Notes: generated by a model from the letters alone, not told the origin. Numbered from the stretch's first letter, positions 46,248-61,185 are shown. The stretch: 64,000 nucleotides of DNA from Veleropilina oligotropha (GCA_048128005.1 JBEUKZ010000107.1:124001-188000), one strand, 5' to 3'. Translations and numbers: made by a program.

Positions 46248-47965
46248 CATTGATATTTTGTGGATGCCTTATCAGTCACAGTTGTCCATAATTGAGCGAT
46301 GCAGGTGGATTTAAACGGATGATCCCGTCTTTCCTCTTATGGTAATATGGACAAATATTGGTTTGTTAGCTTCTTTGACTATAACTTCGCGTAATGAGGC
46401 ATTTAATTAAGTCAAAATCCAGCAGTCTCCGAAATAATACTGTGCTGACACTAGTCCAAGGTCCCTGTAAACACCATATGACATTATACTCCAGTGGACT
46501 TAAGGTCATGGCTTATATGTGATTACCATACAATTGGTATAATTAACTAATATTAGATCGACCTTGCCAATGAATGGTCATGGTCTGCTAACCATGTTGA
46601 ATATATGTGCATCGGGACAAAGACCCTCAACCCACTCCCTGCGCTAGGTGATGCAACGTTATATCGGCACAGCTTTGTCAAGAAACGCTGCGCTTCACTC
46701 CTGCTGTTCATTTGTGTTGGCTGCACTCGAAATCCTCCGCATAATTTGCTAGTACATTGTTATTGGGAATGAGGCCAGAGCTGACAGGATTCAATAGCGT
46801 TGTATAGAGAAATCAATTCAAAATGGCTTCAAGCCGGCCAACCGACGTTTGCCTCTCAAAGCGTACAGAGATGCAGTTGGAGTAGGAGCTCGCGACAATA
46901 GGTAAGGCGCTCGTAATGCATATTAACTGTGATGCAGTTTATTCGTTGAAATTGAATTTTCACAAATACTTTGTATATTAGATGGCAGGTTGAACTGGAT
47001 ATATATATATAAATATTATATGTTCAATGATTATATGTAGTTATTATTTATGAATGATGTGCTTTATTGCAGAATATGTTGCATGTTTAGCTATATTTCT
47101 TTAGATTACCTTTACTTGAAGAAGTTTTGTCATGCGTTAAGATGTCTCTTGTACACATCCAGGTGTGATAACTGACAGTTTGTTAAAAAACTGTTCGGTG
47201 CCGGTGCGTTTGACCTCTTATTAGGATGTCGGTGCGTTTGACCTCTGATTAAGATGTCGGTGCGTTTGACCTCTGATTAGCAAATAGGATCAGTCTTGAT
47301 AACCATGGATCTGTTAAATATCGCATAAGATTAAAAAATATGTGAAATGTGCACCTTTGGCCACTGTGTTTAAAATCTGTTTACTTAAATTGAAAGAAAA
47401 AGATAATTGTCAACAAGCATCGGGTCAGTCAAGGGGACTGCTATTCTACGAGTCGAGTTATCCTACATTTTTATGGCTATTTGCATATAAAATTTAAAAA
47501 ACATACCATTTTCATTCTAAATATAGTTAAGTAAGATTATACATATATATGTTGCTTTAATTCAGTTATATTTACAATATTAAATTACTTTCCTATATTG
47601 TATATTCATACTGTCAATAGTTTGGGAAATATTTAGTGTATTAATTAATGTTGAATATGGATATTATACCGTTTGGTGTGTGTACATGTAGTAGTGTTAA
47701 ATTCATCACGTATTATGGCGACCTCGGCGGGTGAGTGGTTAATGCATCGGATACTCAACCGAGACTGTCAGGAGAGCCCAGGTTCTAGGCCAGCCAGTGG
47801 CTTATTCTACCATAATAATAATAATAGAAGGCACAAATGCCTTTTATGTCAGCCAGATCGGAGGGAGTCCTGCAAAAGTGGTGGTAAGTTGTAAAACAAG
47901 GTGACCATTGGTCCAATCATCATGTAATATCAGTGTTTTCCAATTTTACTCTTTTCAAATTTGCC

Positions 47966-48221
47966 GGCTTCTTCGGCAGCGCAGTGGGTAGAGTGTCCAC
48001 TCTAAATTCACTGGCTTGATTCCGCTAATGCGAACAGTGGTGGGTTCAATACCTGGCTGAGGCATTGACATTTGTTCAAGTTATGAATCACAGTTGTCCG
48101 CGACTGGCCGAAGAGGGCGGGTTTACCCGGGCGACCGGGGTTTCCTCCCGCGATAACACGGACATGTCTTGCCTTGAACCTCGATGTTGTAAATATACAG
48201 GAAATTAAGCATCATTCCTCC
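47966..48221 (+). mobile_element. tRNA-derived SINE
   Basis: A-box-like GGCAGCGCAGTGG and B-box-like GGTTCAATACC; TSD TCAAATTTGCC (47955-47965, 48222-48232); close copy at 55880-56139. Confidence 0.85.
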
Positions 48222-48783
48222 TCAAATTTGCCATATACTGTATGTCCGTCTCTGTGTACCTTGAAATCCAAATTGTATGCGCAAATTTAGTCCTAAGGGC
48301 TTTGCTTTACATGTCTATATATATGCTATTGAATCTGACGTACTCTCAGTCATTGTCACATATTTCTCAAGTGCAATATTTTTATATCAACTTGATCAAT
48401 TAGTCTCCAAAAAGTTCTTGTCAGTGTGTCGGCGAATGTAATACCTTGGTTTACAGTTTACACTTGCCAGCATCATTCATGTTATAAATATGTGCATTTC
48501 AAATGTTCATTGGGAAGTTCCTGTTCTCTTTTCGTCTATTATCTATTACTATTGCGGACAACAAACTTTAGCTGGGTGCAGAATAACAGATTATAAGGAT
48601 GGATTTGTCCTCATATTCTTTGTTGCCACTCATGTGGATATGAAGCTATATTTATTTGGATTTCTGGATATGATAAGGTGCATGTGCTGAGAGCACTCAA
48701 GTTGTTTATTTATAATACTTGTGCTTGCATTCATTATAAAGGAATGCTATCCATATGTCAACCAAATCAACTACAAAAACAAA

Positions 48784-49078
48784 AACCATACTCTACTACC
48801 AGCCTGCCCTTGGAATCATACACTCTACTGCCAGCCTGCCCTTGGAATCGTACACTCTACTGCCAGCCTGCCCTTGGAACCATACACTCTACTGCCAGCC
48901 TGCCCTTGGAACCATACACTCTACTGCCAGCCTGCCCTTGGAACCATACACTCTACTGCCAGCCTGCCCTTGGAACCATACACTCTACTGCCAGCCTGCC
49001 CTTGGAACCATACACTCTACTGCCAGCCTGCCCTTGAAATCATACACTCTACTGCCAGCCTGCCTGCCCTTGGAATCA
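48784..49078. repeat. Minisatellite, 32-bp unit CCATACACTCTACTGCCAGCCTGCCCTTGGAA
   Basis: Directly visible. Confidence 0.95.
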
Positions 49079-50239
49079 TTTCAGGATATCAGGCTATATT
49101 GATTTATCAGTTCTCTCTGGCCTCTGGTGGGAACTTATGACACCAAATTCTCATTGAGTAACATAATGACATATGATAGTTTCTGGAGTCTGCACCTGCA
49201 TTTCATCCCCAGGTGTGCGAGAAATCTTCTCACGCTCATCGTCTCTTGAAACAGCAACTATCTGATCGGATACCCAATATATATGTTAAACTGGATTGAT
49301 TACGACTGAAAATTTAAATATATAGTCATAAACCAATCATTAGCTACTTCAATCAAATCAGAATGACCTTTACATGTATGTTCACTATCAATTCTATTTT
49401 CAAGAAGGCTTCACCGGTAGCCGAGTGGTTTAGGTCGCAGACCATGAATTCACTCACTCTGGTTTCTAGATTGTTATGCTACACTGTGCTGTCCAGGAAT
49501 GCAGATTTCATCCTGAGTTTGTTGAGATGTGTTGTTGATTGCCTTTGCGTTCGTTGAACCCACTGTCAATTCATCATTCAGTGTCTATTGACTTGATGCC
49601 CCCAGTGAAGTGAATCTTAAGGCTGATATATTTTGGATCAATCCATGGGAAGACCATAATGTCAAGCGATCAGCTATCAATGTTGTATTGTTGCAGCATT
49701 TACCTTATAATATAGCGTTTCATTTATATCAAGCGGCTGTTCATTTGCACGACGTATGAATAAACAGAAGATCTGTGTGAATATGAAAAATTCTGTCTAC
49801 ATGCACAAAACTAAAGAAATTGCCAACCTCGTGAAGTTGTCAATCAGCATGTAGTCAATGCGTACAATTCTGTATTCAACTGGTGATCAAAACGCATGAT
49901 TTCATATTCTTAGCCACATCTTTATTGTATCCCTTAATTGGACAATAGTCGAGATACTATGATTTTGTTTCTGTTTGCTTGACCGTCGCAGAGTCTGAGA
50001 GATTTCTTTAGTGCACTCGACCGTCAACATTATAATCTGATTTTCTTCAAAATTGATGTTCATATTAATTATGATGACTTCACGATCCCAAACGGTTTTC
50101 GTCTTTTCTTATTCAAGATGGCGGCCATGGGGTGGGATTCAAGTATATATATTCACCCCCTGCTGTAGTTGTGGGCTCTAAGATTATGCAAGTTTATAAT
50201 GTCACACTGCTGTAGGCACACTGATTACGACTGTAACCA

Positions 50240-50430
50240 GTAACCAGTGCTTATGTAAGATCGGTAACCAGTGCTTATGTAAGCTCAGTAACCAGTGCTT
50301 ATGTAAGCTCAGTAACCAGTGCTTATGTAAGCTCAGTAACCAGTGCTTATGTAAGCTCAGTAACCAGTGCTTATGTAAGCTCAGTAACCAGTGCTTATGT
50401 AAGCTCCGTAACCAGTGCTTATGTAAGCTC
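50240..50430. repeat. Minisatellite, 24-bp unit GTAACCAGTGCTTATGTAAGCTCA
   Basis: About 8 copies. Confidence 0.95.
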
Positions 50431-51090
50431 GTTTCATGGAGACGCTGGCTGGATCCTCTAGACAAATTAAGCCTTCTTGGATATAGATGTTAAACTGGGT
50501 GGTCCATGGAGTCTGTCATTATGTTTGTGACTGAATTATTATCAAAGTGATTGCAAAATGTGAAATGGAATCAATCAATCAAGTATATTTATGACATTTA
50601 ATAACATAACTAACGAATTAATGCTCTTTAAACAGGGCACTACTGCAGATCGTCTAATGCAGCTACTTCTACAACCAGTAAAATCAATTCCGTTTTCTGC
50701 CGATGATGACCTATATGATGGCTTGGGAATATTTGCAATACGTCTGAAATTCTTTTGGCACTAAACTCAGACTGCTGAAATTTTCATGTTTCGTCTCTGA
50801 GGTACTGCTAAATAAATTTAATTGCATATCTGTTGTAATATCCCATCAGGAGTTCCTCTTTGATCTTGCTTCTTGCGTCTACTGATGTTATGTCATATTC
50901 GTTAAATACAGGCTATTGAATAGAAGATGATGCCCATTAATTACGGCCATTGTGCGAAGAATAAGGCTGAGCCCCTATAGATCAGAATGCCATACTGGAT
51001 TAAAAATCGCCTGTTCATATTGGATTAACTTGAGCCTATAGATTAAAATATGCACAGCAGATATTGTCATGAACTCATTACTGTAAGAAA

Positions 51091-52206
51091 GTTTCTTGTG
51101 TCCGCCCTACATTGAATTATTCTTATTCGATTTCATTCAAATTCAGTATGCATGTTTGTTATGATGAGGACACGCCGCCTTACGATTTTCAACGTTTTTG
51201 GATTAAAGATGGCCGCCATCGTGGTCATTTTGTTTCGAAGATATTTCTTGTGTCTGTTCTACAGTGAAGGGTTCTATTCCGCTTTGATTCAAATTCGTAA
51301 TGCACGTTCATTATGATGAGGGCATGCCGTCGAACGATTTTCGTTGTTTTCGGATTCAAGATGGCTGCCATGGTGGCCATTTTGTTTTGAAGATATTTCT
51401 TGTGTCTGTTCTACAGTGAAGAGTTGTATTCCGATTTGATTCAAATTCGGTATGCACGTTCATTATGAGGACATGCCGTCTAACGATTTTCGTTGTTTTC
51501 GGATTCAAGATGGCCGCCATGGTGGCCATTTTGTTTTGAAGGTTATCTTCTGAGAGCTCTATAGTGAAAAGTTCTTATCCTATTTCATCCAAATTAGATA
51601 TACACTTTTGGTATGATGAGGACACTACATCTATCGATTTTCACCATTTCGGATTCAAGATGGCCGCCCTGGCAGTCATTTTGTTTTGAATAGATTTCTT
51701 GTGTGCATTCTACAATGAAAAATTCTAATCCTATTGGATTCAAATTCGGTGTGCATGTTGATGAGGACATGCCACCTAATTATTGTCGTCGTTTTATTAA
51801 AGATGGCCACCATGGTGGCCATTTTCTTTTGAAGAGTTTTCTTTTGTGCGCTCTATAGTGGAAATTTCTTATCAAATTCGGTATGGACGTTAGTTATTAT
51901 GAGGACACGCCGTCTAACAATATTCGTCGTTTTCGGATTCAAGATGGCCACCGTGGTGGCCATTTTCTTTTAAAGAAATTTCGTGTGTGCGCTATACAGT
52001 GAAAAGATCTCAACCAATTTGATTCAAATTTGGTTTGTTTCAAGAGATTTGCATTCTGCTTGATGTTTTATCAATGAGTGCATTACTGCATACTGATTCA
52101 TACATGAAATTTGTTGTTAGCCACCTTTTATTTATAGAATTTAGTATAACATATTAAGCCACCACGTGGACATTCTTGTGGCTTGCCACAACGTTTTTCT
52201 AGTTTT
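51091..52206 (+). mobile_element. HINE-like fragment: about eight diverged ~120-bp repeats and a 3' hairpin (related single unit near 50000-50135)
   Basis: Recurrent GATTCAAGATGGCCGCCATGG and ATGAGGACA motifs; terminal TTGTGGC-TT-GCCACAA followed by CTAGTTT. Confidence 0.65.
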
Positions 52207-54284
52207 AACCGTTTCAGGTATTTATATTCCAATTTATTTTCCTCATTTCACAGAAAACTGTTATTCTTTCCAAGAGGATCCTTCTCCGGTTGCTTTCTCC
52301 GTGATACAGCAGTGAGAGAGTTGCTTTCCTTCCACTCGCACGGATAGGGCTCCAGGTTTGACCATGACAGAAAGCATTTCTGTTTTATCAGTCACAGTTG
52401 TCCTTAACTAGGAGAGACCAGGATTTACTTTAATATGATAATATGGACATGCTCAAATGTGATCTTGGGTATTAATCTTCATTTCCAATCGTATTGAAGA
52501 AAATTAAAGTACCTTAAATTAGAGCAATTCCTAACATGGACTAAATTGTGCATGAATATATTAAATGTTATGACCATTATGACCGATGCTAGCTGGTAGA
52601 AGTTAGAACTATTTAACGTAGTACTACCAATCGTAGATCGAAAGATAGTTACAATTCCTGCATTCCGGTTCTTACATTCATAAAGTCTAATGTGTCTGTT
52701 ATATTGATCATCTGAGTGCATATTAAATTAATATTAATTCTTATGCAAAATCTGTTGACCTATCAATTAACATTAGTGCATCACTTTGTGTTATAACACC
52801 CTTGACGAATCTCTTTCATTACGCTATCAAATTCCTGCTTTGTGACCCGGTCCTGAGAGCAGATACTTTCATCATTCATTGTAATTTGTTTGACTGGCGT
52901 GCTATTGCCATTCGCCCTGTAGCGTGTCTATTTCGGTGATAATAAATAGCCTGTTCTGTGATGTTACGATAAATCATGTCATTGATTCGGGTACTGGTCG
53001 AATCTGGCCGTGTTTGCTCGCTGCTAGTCTATGAATATTTATAATCTATACAGAGATGCGTGCAGAACGTTAAATGCTACGGTTGAGATTCGCCAGCGTA
53101 TTATCAGCGACTTCATTTCAGTATCAATAAAACGGATGTAGGCTTTGCATGTCCCACATTGATCAATGCACGACCACGTTTCATTGGCCGGCCAGTAATC
53201 CTTATTTACAGGAAGCGCGATGTACAGTGCCGTCAAGCGTGCTTCAATAATGCATAACAGATCCCTTATTCTGCATTGGCCCATTGGCGTATATTGCTGA
53301 GGGGGTTAGACACATTTTATCGTTGCCTTGTGTGGTCATGTTAACTTGATTAGCTGTATCGTTGAGGCGAGGGTCTGCTAAGCTTTGCAGCTGAGCAGCG
53401 TTTTCGATTCAGAGGCTCATTTGTGCGGCACCTAATTCCATTTTCTCATGTTAATGTGATGGCAAGAGTGCGATTATCCTGGTGTCAAAGGTCATGTATG
53501 CAGGGTGAATACTCCTGATCAATCTCGCAAATTGATGCACATGGATTTTTGGGAAAGTGGGGCAGAGTATTATTATTAGCCATTGCCAGTTCATGCAGTT
53601 TAGAAACAGTTATAGTCTATATAATGATATTTGTAGTTAAATAGACTGTTGCCCGTAAATGCGCTCTTTTCTTTGAAAAGAAAACTAACTGCATTACACT
53701 TTTTGTTTATAGCATAAAAAGTTAGCAATTTTCAACACTTAACTTTCGTCAGTAATTTGCTACTGTTTAAATAAATCGATCCCTAATGAATATTTAAAAA
53801 TAATGAAAAGCGGTCCGCTTTTAATTACCTCTCACCGAGTGCCATTTACAATTGACCTAGTTGGAGCAAAGTGGCGCATGTTTCTGCTCGTCAAGTAAGA
53901 TAGCTTTCTATTTGACAATAATCTATATATTGCCCATTTACAACAATAATTGCATAAAAATCTATCATTTGATCATATATATCAATCATATCTTCACCAC
54001 GAAATTTGTCTCAATCTGTGCGAAACGTGCAGCGTCTGATTCGTTTTAGACGATAGAGGCTGTTCGGTCATGCTACACAGTCATGAAAATACGGGCAATA
54101 GTCACTTGAAGATAAACAATTATCTTTATATCAAATTCAAAGAACTTCAGAGCTTTTGAGCAAGGATGTAATTTTGTTCATTTGAATGTTGAGTTACGTA
54201 TATGATTGATTACCTGTAAATAACCAGTTTGAGCTTATATTGCTTGATTACCTAGGACAGGCTGAACCAGTAGACAGTGTAGTC

Positions 54285-54530
54285 GAGCTCTAGTGGGTAG
54301 GTCCAGCGTGGGCTCTCAATTCAGAATTCATGCGCTTGATTGCTCTGTCTAACAGGAGTAGGTTCGATTTCTCATCTGGGTACTTAAACAATTACAGTCA
54401 GTCCATAACTGGGCAGTGAGGGGGTGTTTTGCCTGGCTTTCGTCCCATGATAATATGGACAAATCGTGGTATGAAACAGGGTATTCAGTATCGATCCGTA
54501 TCATTAACATAAGTGCTTCAATTTTGGCCC
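54285..54530 (+). mobile_element. Degenerate tRNA-derived SINE
   Basis: AGTGGGTAG, GCTTGATT, GGTTCGA and TCCCATGATAATATGGAC in the same order as in the 47966 SINE. Confidence 0.5.
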
Positions 54531-55879
54531 TGCTGGAACAACACCTGGTGGAAATCTCACAAGTCAAGGTCACGGTTACAGAATAAAGTCGTAAAGCACA
54601 TTTAAATATATTATACTTTCAAAATGTCATAATAAATTGTTGTGAATTATAAGTGGTGAGAACTAAATTATGTGATTTAACATCTGGAGAGCTGTCAGTT
54701 GTAATCAGTTCAGATCACTTCAGACGTATGACCGCTTACAAGGCATTTCCTGTATGTCTCTTTCAAGTATCCTTGGATCGGTTTATTTCCCATCTCCAAT
54801 ATGACTGAAATATTGTTAATAGGTCACTGAATAATAAGCCACGAATGCACTAAAATATTTGATGAAGTGGGTTTTTCGTTTCACAGTAAACAAACATGTC
54901 CGAAATATGATTACAGGTATATTACAAAAGGAATCACCCAGCGTGCACACTCTGTGCTACCAATATTAGTATACCAGATTATATAAATATTGTTTGATTA
55001 TTTAAATATTGTTCCATTCCTTATGTAAAACTGTTTCTAAACAAGTAGACCCCAAACCAGAGTTAATTTTAATGCCTTTGCATTATTAATATTATGTCGT
55101 CTCAGACTTGGGGCTTTAAACTCAGTATATGCTCTACCTTGTTGCTGAGCAATTTTTAAAGTCAATGTAATTCAATGGATGAATGCTATTTTATTGGCAC
55201 ATGACCTTTTAAATACTTGATGCGCAACTGCAAGCACCACTGAATTATGCATTAATGCTTGTTGGAGTTTTGACTTCATGCTTTTTCTTCACCGCTGGCC
55301 ATGCATATGCATAAATGGCTGCCTGTAACTATTTCCGCTATTCTTCCATATAAACATGCTCGAAATTTATTATGTATATGACATTTTCATTGATAGATAT
55401 CTGCCTTAACACACTTCATGCCATCGCAAATGTAGGTTATAATTGTTACTAACAAAGGTTAAGGTCACAGGATACTAAATGTTATAGAGAAGATGGTGTC
55501 TGTAGTACACAAGGCTAACAGTTGTGAGCCACACATTGATACAATGCAAGTAAGTGCATATTACCTTGATTTGTGTACTGTTCTGTATAATACGGATCTT
55601 ACCTATGGGCAAGCCATGCAGGTTCTCGTTAATAACATTTACTTTTAGTTACGACAACAAGATTGTGTATGAACTATTCCACAGGAGCAGTTCAATAATC
55701 TTATATAATCAACACTGATTTTGGTCACTTGCATGTTGAGTAAATATAATAATCTTTGTTAGCTGTCATAGCAATATCTAAATGCAGGTACGATGTTCTA
55801 ATTCCAAGATAACTTGCCATATTTAAAGTGGCAATATTGTTTTATTAAAATAACTTATTTTCATCTTAATTCAATTTAG

Positions 55880-56139
55880 GGAGGGAGGAATGATGCTTAA
55901 TGTCCTGTATATTTACAACATCGAGGTTCAAGGCAGGACATGTCCATGTTATCGTGGGAGGAAACCCCGGTCGCCTGGGTAAACCCGCCCTCCTCGGCCA
56001 GTCACGGACAACTGTGATACATAACTTGAACAAATGTCAATGCCTCAGCCAGGTATTGAACCCACTACTGTTCGCATTAGCGGAATCAAGCCAGTGAATT
56101 TAGAGTGGACACTCTACCCACTGTGCTGCCGAAGCGGCC
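55880..56139 (-). mobile_element. tRNA-derived SINE, same family as 47966-48221
   Basis: 13-bp TSD TAATTCAATTTAG (55867-55879, 56140-56152); (TCCC)n-like tail. Confidence 0.88.
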
Positions 56140-59100
56140 TAATTCAATTTAGTCCCAGGCTATATCTCAGTTACTGACAGAGAGGTTTTTGTCACTTTTT
56201 GCATTATAAATAAGTATCCATTCCCATTAGTGCAAAATATTTTCAAATTTGAATAACAATGAAAAATGCTAACAACAATTGTTCAGCCTAAATGCCAATG
56301 ACAGTTACCCGCCCTATCAGACCACGAACGTTACCCGCCTTATCTATACCTTATCAGACCATCGGATTTTTATACCTGTATTATTGGCTCGATGAAACTT
56401 TGCCTACAGGCGAAAAAAGTAACGTGTATATATATATCATTCAAATAATGATGAAAAAGTTTTGCATGTGTCATCTGACGACCAGTAATTATACACCAGA
56501 ATGCAGGTCATCATGATAGCTTTGATGGAGAATAGATAGGTGGCCATAAGTGAAGAATAATTTACGCAAATATCCCCGGTAAGATGAATATCACAACTAA
56601 TTTTGATATGATTGATCGTAGTATGTTCAGAATTAGGTCAATGGCCTCATTATGAGTCATGAGTGACATCCAGGCATCATCAGAGTTGGTTAAGATTCAC
56701 AATTTAGGCATTACTTCCTATTACATGAACTACTGCCTAGTTCATAATTGTGCATCGGACGCATCGTCTAGCTACTGCCATTTGTCATTCAACATTGTCG
56801 TACTATCCTCCATTAACCCTTTCATTCTAGGCATACCGGTTGTGCAATGAATATTTGTGCTCATTCAATTCACTTGCTTGACTGATCTGATTAACTGGAG
56901 TGGTTTCTAATCGTCGACTGAGTGCTTAGTTCAATTAACAATCACAGTTGTCCATTATAACTGGTCGATGATGGTGGATTTCTCCAGGAGACCAGGCTTA
57001 TATCATCCATCATGATATGGTTGTTCTGGTGTGACTTGACAGACTTTCAAATATGGAACATTAATCAACGATCCCAATCAAACCTAACTGTTCATTGTTG
57101 GACCTAGCAATACATCAGTCTAATTATCTATTGCTGTGCAGTGAGCTGACATGGAAAGATTTAATATTAAAATGCGTGTTACTTATATTTATGTGTAAAT
57201 GTTTATAGTTCTTGATGATATGCTCCAAGGCAGAGGGGATAATGTTCACCTGTAAAGTGATCCATTTTTTCAGGTGGACGAGTAGATTTTATCCGTGCAT
57301 TGTGTTTTCGTTTGAAGGACAGTCAGTGCCTGTCGTAGATAAGTGTTTATCAGAGCAGGGAAATAACCATCGTTATGTATGGATGAGGATAAAATTGTTC
57401 CGGTCACTGGAACAATATAGGTTTGATGATTAATTCACCTCACATAAGTGTACACTGTATGCGTATTGATGGATATCTTCTCTGAGAAAGTTTTGATGAA
57501 TTTCAGAAAGATGACAATATAAGTTAAAAAACTATTCAACTGTAATAATGCCGCTGCGCATCCATATTGACTAACGACGTATTCATTTTCTTTTTAAATG
57601 ATCATTCCTAATATAGACCAATCTGTAAGATAGAAATCCATGATTTGGGGTGATAACTACTGTTAAAAGCAAATTTTTGTAATTTTGATTGATGCGTTTG
57701 AACATTTTTTAATGGCACTGTTTCCAGTTGTCAGTGCAATATCCACTTAGAATAAATATGTATACATAATGCGTATAAGATTTAAAATTTTACAATTTGT
57801 ATATAGTTTTAACACCCTTTGTCCAGCCTACGATTTCTTTTTTGCCTTGAAGGCCTCTAAACTGTACCCACGTGAACACAATCCCATATAAATTCATGGT
57901 GGTACAAATTTATGTATGACATTTTGCCTGCTTCTATTCTTGCATATTGTGCAGCCTCTGAGGAGTCATTGACAAGGCTGCTATATTTTTTTGGATGATT
58001 GCTGATTATTTTGGTCAATGGTTGGTTACATCTTACTGTTCACTATGGTTACTGGCTTCCTCACTTCCTCTTGCAGCATTAAACCCTCATTAGCAGACTT
58101 GAAGCAGTTCCTGCTGTAGGGGGGAGCCATCATATGTCATGTAGCATCCCAGATGATTAGGTCTGTCAGATGGGATCTTTGCCTGGCCCTGGTGCCCTGG
58201 TGCCAGGCCATTGAATCTGAACACCTGCATCCAAGCAGAACTAGTTGCCTGTCAGTGATACTCAGATTTGTAATAAAAAGTTCTGTGTGGTGTATTTTTC
58301 GTAGTTCTAGAATCTAAAGCTGCCTGTAGATTAGTAGATTGAGGTAAGTTTTGGATGAAAAGTTGTCTAGTGCATGTGACCAAATGTTGCTCTAGGCCAA
58401 TTTTGTATTATTTTCTCACTTTTAGAAACATTGCATGGTTTTAAAATTGTTTATGAATAACAAACTTCCCCAACACTGAACTTACTCGTATACAAAATGC
58501 AAATAGCACTGAGAGATGCTCAGATCTACAGTACTTGTTCATGTTAACAATAAGTCCAGGGCTGTCAACTCGTAGGAGTGTGTAGAATAATTAATATATA
58601 TATAAAACATGCAAATAGCATTACTTCAGATTCAGCGACATGTACAAATGAACATGGTTGTATCTGGTAACAACATAACCATCTATTTGTAAGTTGTAAC
58701 AGTTATGCTTATTTATCGAGATCTCAATTATATCTAAAATTTGAACATGTGATTTTATTGTCTTCTTTGACATATTTTCGGAAATTCCTTCCTTCAATAG
58801 CAATTCCGAGTCATTAAAATATATATTTATGTCGTGTCTCATCATGTATTCTTTACTGGACAATAAATGCTCTCTAACCATTTCAGTAGAACCTTTTCAT
58901 TGCACTCAGACAATACTATTCCGTTCATATCCAGAGAATGCATTAATGGATTACGGTATACAAATCAATCAGTCAATGCCACATAATGAATGGGTATTTA
59001 CCATGCAAACTATGTTGGCACTAATATGTTTGCATTAATCTCGAGAGCACTTTTAATTATGCAAACACATACAGTTAGTATTTGTATGTATGCTTGTGGA

Positions 59101-60809
59101 GCTGAAGTGTAGACTCGGCTGTAGTGCTGCCATAAATTGCTTATTTTGAATTGTTCGACAGGTTTTAGATCTAAAGCCATCCGGAGGCCACATCGGTAGC
59201 CGATCGGATAATAATGCTGACTCGCTCGCTTGGCTGCTGAGTATAACAGGAATGGGTTCGAATCTTCAGCGGGGCATTCTTTGTTCAGTTAACAGCCTTA
59301 GTTTTGCTATATGACTGACAGGTGAGGGCAGGCTGCATCCCTCTGCAATATTAAGGGTATGTCCTTTGAAGTTTGTTAAAATCGGTATATCATCCGGGAG
59401 GTTAATTGTCCATGGCTGTGTTCACAGTGTTCGAATGCTACCATAGACCAACATGGTGCATACCAATTCGATTTATTTAAGTCTCCTTCAGGATTCATTC
59501 CAAACACATCCAGGATCCTCCTGGTACAATCCTTCGATCACCAAACCTGATTTATTAAGCGACATCAACCGAAACAGTATTTTTAGGTGATGTACAATCC
59601 TAAATTTTGACCATGAGCATCAGTTTGTTTGTCTCAGATTTTGGATGCATGTTTGTCTCAGATTTGGATGCGTGTTAGTCTCAGAATTTGAATCCGTCTG
59701 TGCTATAAGCAATGGAATTTCTGATGCACTAGCTGCACTGTACGTTGCTGTCATTGTTATGCTGATGGTCTATTACTTTGTGTGTTTTATTTGTTGATTG
59801 CTCATGATTGACGGCTGCCAGTTCAGTAGGAAATTATTCTTCCTGTTTGTTCTCGGTTCATATCTCCTACTCTATTATCTTATGTGGAGCAACAGTTTCT
59901 AGGCCATTATACCAGCTGTAAAAACAGATTTGATGAGATTTTCTTAAGTGCAATTCATCTTGAACTCAGCTGTTATTACAATAAATCTTGATACCCATTG
60001 AAAGGTCAGTGCCCTCTACTAAGTGCCATGAACTACCATGTTTGAGTCACAGGCACTTGTATACGTGATGATAGATTTGCGTAATAAAAGTCATTAAAAC
60101 CTAATATAAAGTCCCATTTACATGAAGCAGAAATACCCTGGGGGATTTTCTCCCCCTCATGGGGAAATTCTACCCCAGGGGTAAAGGGTAATTATTTAGA
60201 GCGTTTTCGTGGAAGAAAAAGTAGTGGGGGAGAATGAATTATAATGAGATTGCATCGATATCTATAGGCATTATGATTATGTCTTTACAGCTTAGATCTT
60301 GGAAGCGTAAATCGATGCAATTGTATTTTACATCTGATGTGCCATTTCAATGCCAACAGAATAAACTAGCTGCTAATGCATGGACCCATAAATAAGTTAA
60401 TTCGCATGAACGTTTATCCAGTCACTAATAACACATCAGATAGTTTTTATGATGTAATATGTAAATAAGTAATTAACACTGTTTAGCATAACATTAATAA
60501 TATTTATTATCAATATAAGCATTGTAATTTGTATACATAATAACGCTGCTTGTCTATTATTAAGTTTAGGAAGTTAAATCATATAAAAAATAAATATAGT
60601 CTTCATCTAGCTATTATATTAGTCATGAAGTAAATTCAGCAAATAAATTGATATTAATTGTAACTATTTATTAATTATATTATATAAAAGAATATGTTTT
60701 TCCGAAATAATGAAATAAATTAATTACAGATTGTAATACTGAAGGATCTTTCCGAAGAATTCGATGAAAAACTTTGTGCTCCATCAATTATACATTGAAT
60801 AACCTTTTT

Positions 60810-61103
60810 AGGAGATAGCAAAGAACATGCAGAATTTTCTTCCTTTGTCACTTATTTTCTGGTCGTCTCTGCATTTCCTTAAGCACGTTTTAAATATTTT
60901 ATGCGTTCCAAACATTGTTTCGTAGTTTTCGTTATACAATTTAAAGCCAATGCCTTTGATATTTTATGTTAAATAACCGTGTCTGATGTGTCAGAATCGT
61001 CTATTTCATACTGAATACGTGTATCTGACCATGCTGCTAGTAAAGCTTCTGTTTCCTGCTTTTTCCAAGCTTCCCCATGTTTAGAGATAATTTTAGGTGA
61101 CAT
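60810..61103 (-). pseudogene. Myb/SANT-like (trihelix) DNA-binding domain pseudogene
   Basis: Hand translation: MSPKIISKHGEAWKKQETEALLAAWSDTRIQYEIDDSDTSDTVI*HKISKALALNCITKTTKQCLERIKYLKRA/(Y)RKCRDDQKISDKGRKFCMFFA, with one stop and one frameshift. Confidence 0.8.
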
Positions 61104-61185
61104 CTTGTTCAACACACCAACACCAAAATATTAGTGACTATTTGTTCTCTATTTCACAGATACTGTGCCTGAAAATAACCGGAAT

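Noticed and set aside
47966..48065. tRNA gene
   Set aside because: No canonical cloverleaf or CCA-side acceptor stem; it has a SINE body, tail and TSD.
45489..50465. Short ORFs over minisatellites and AT-rich flanks
   Set aside because: Repeat-derived or random; no homology that I can recognise.
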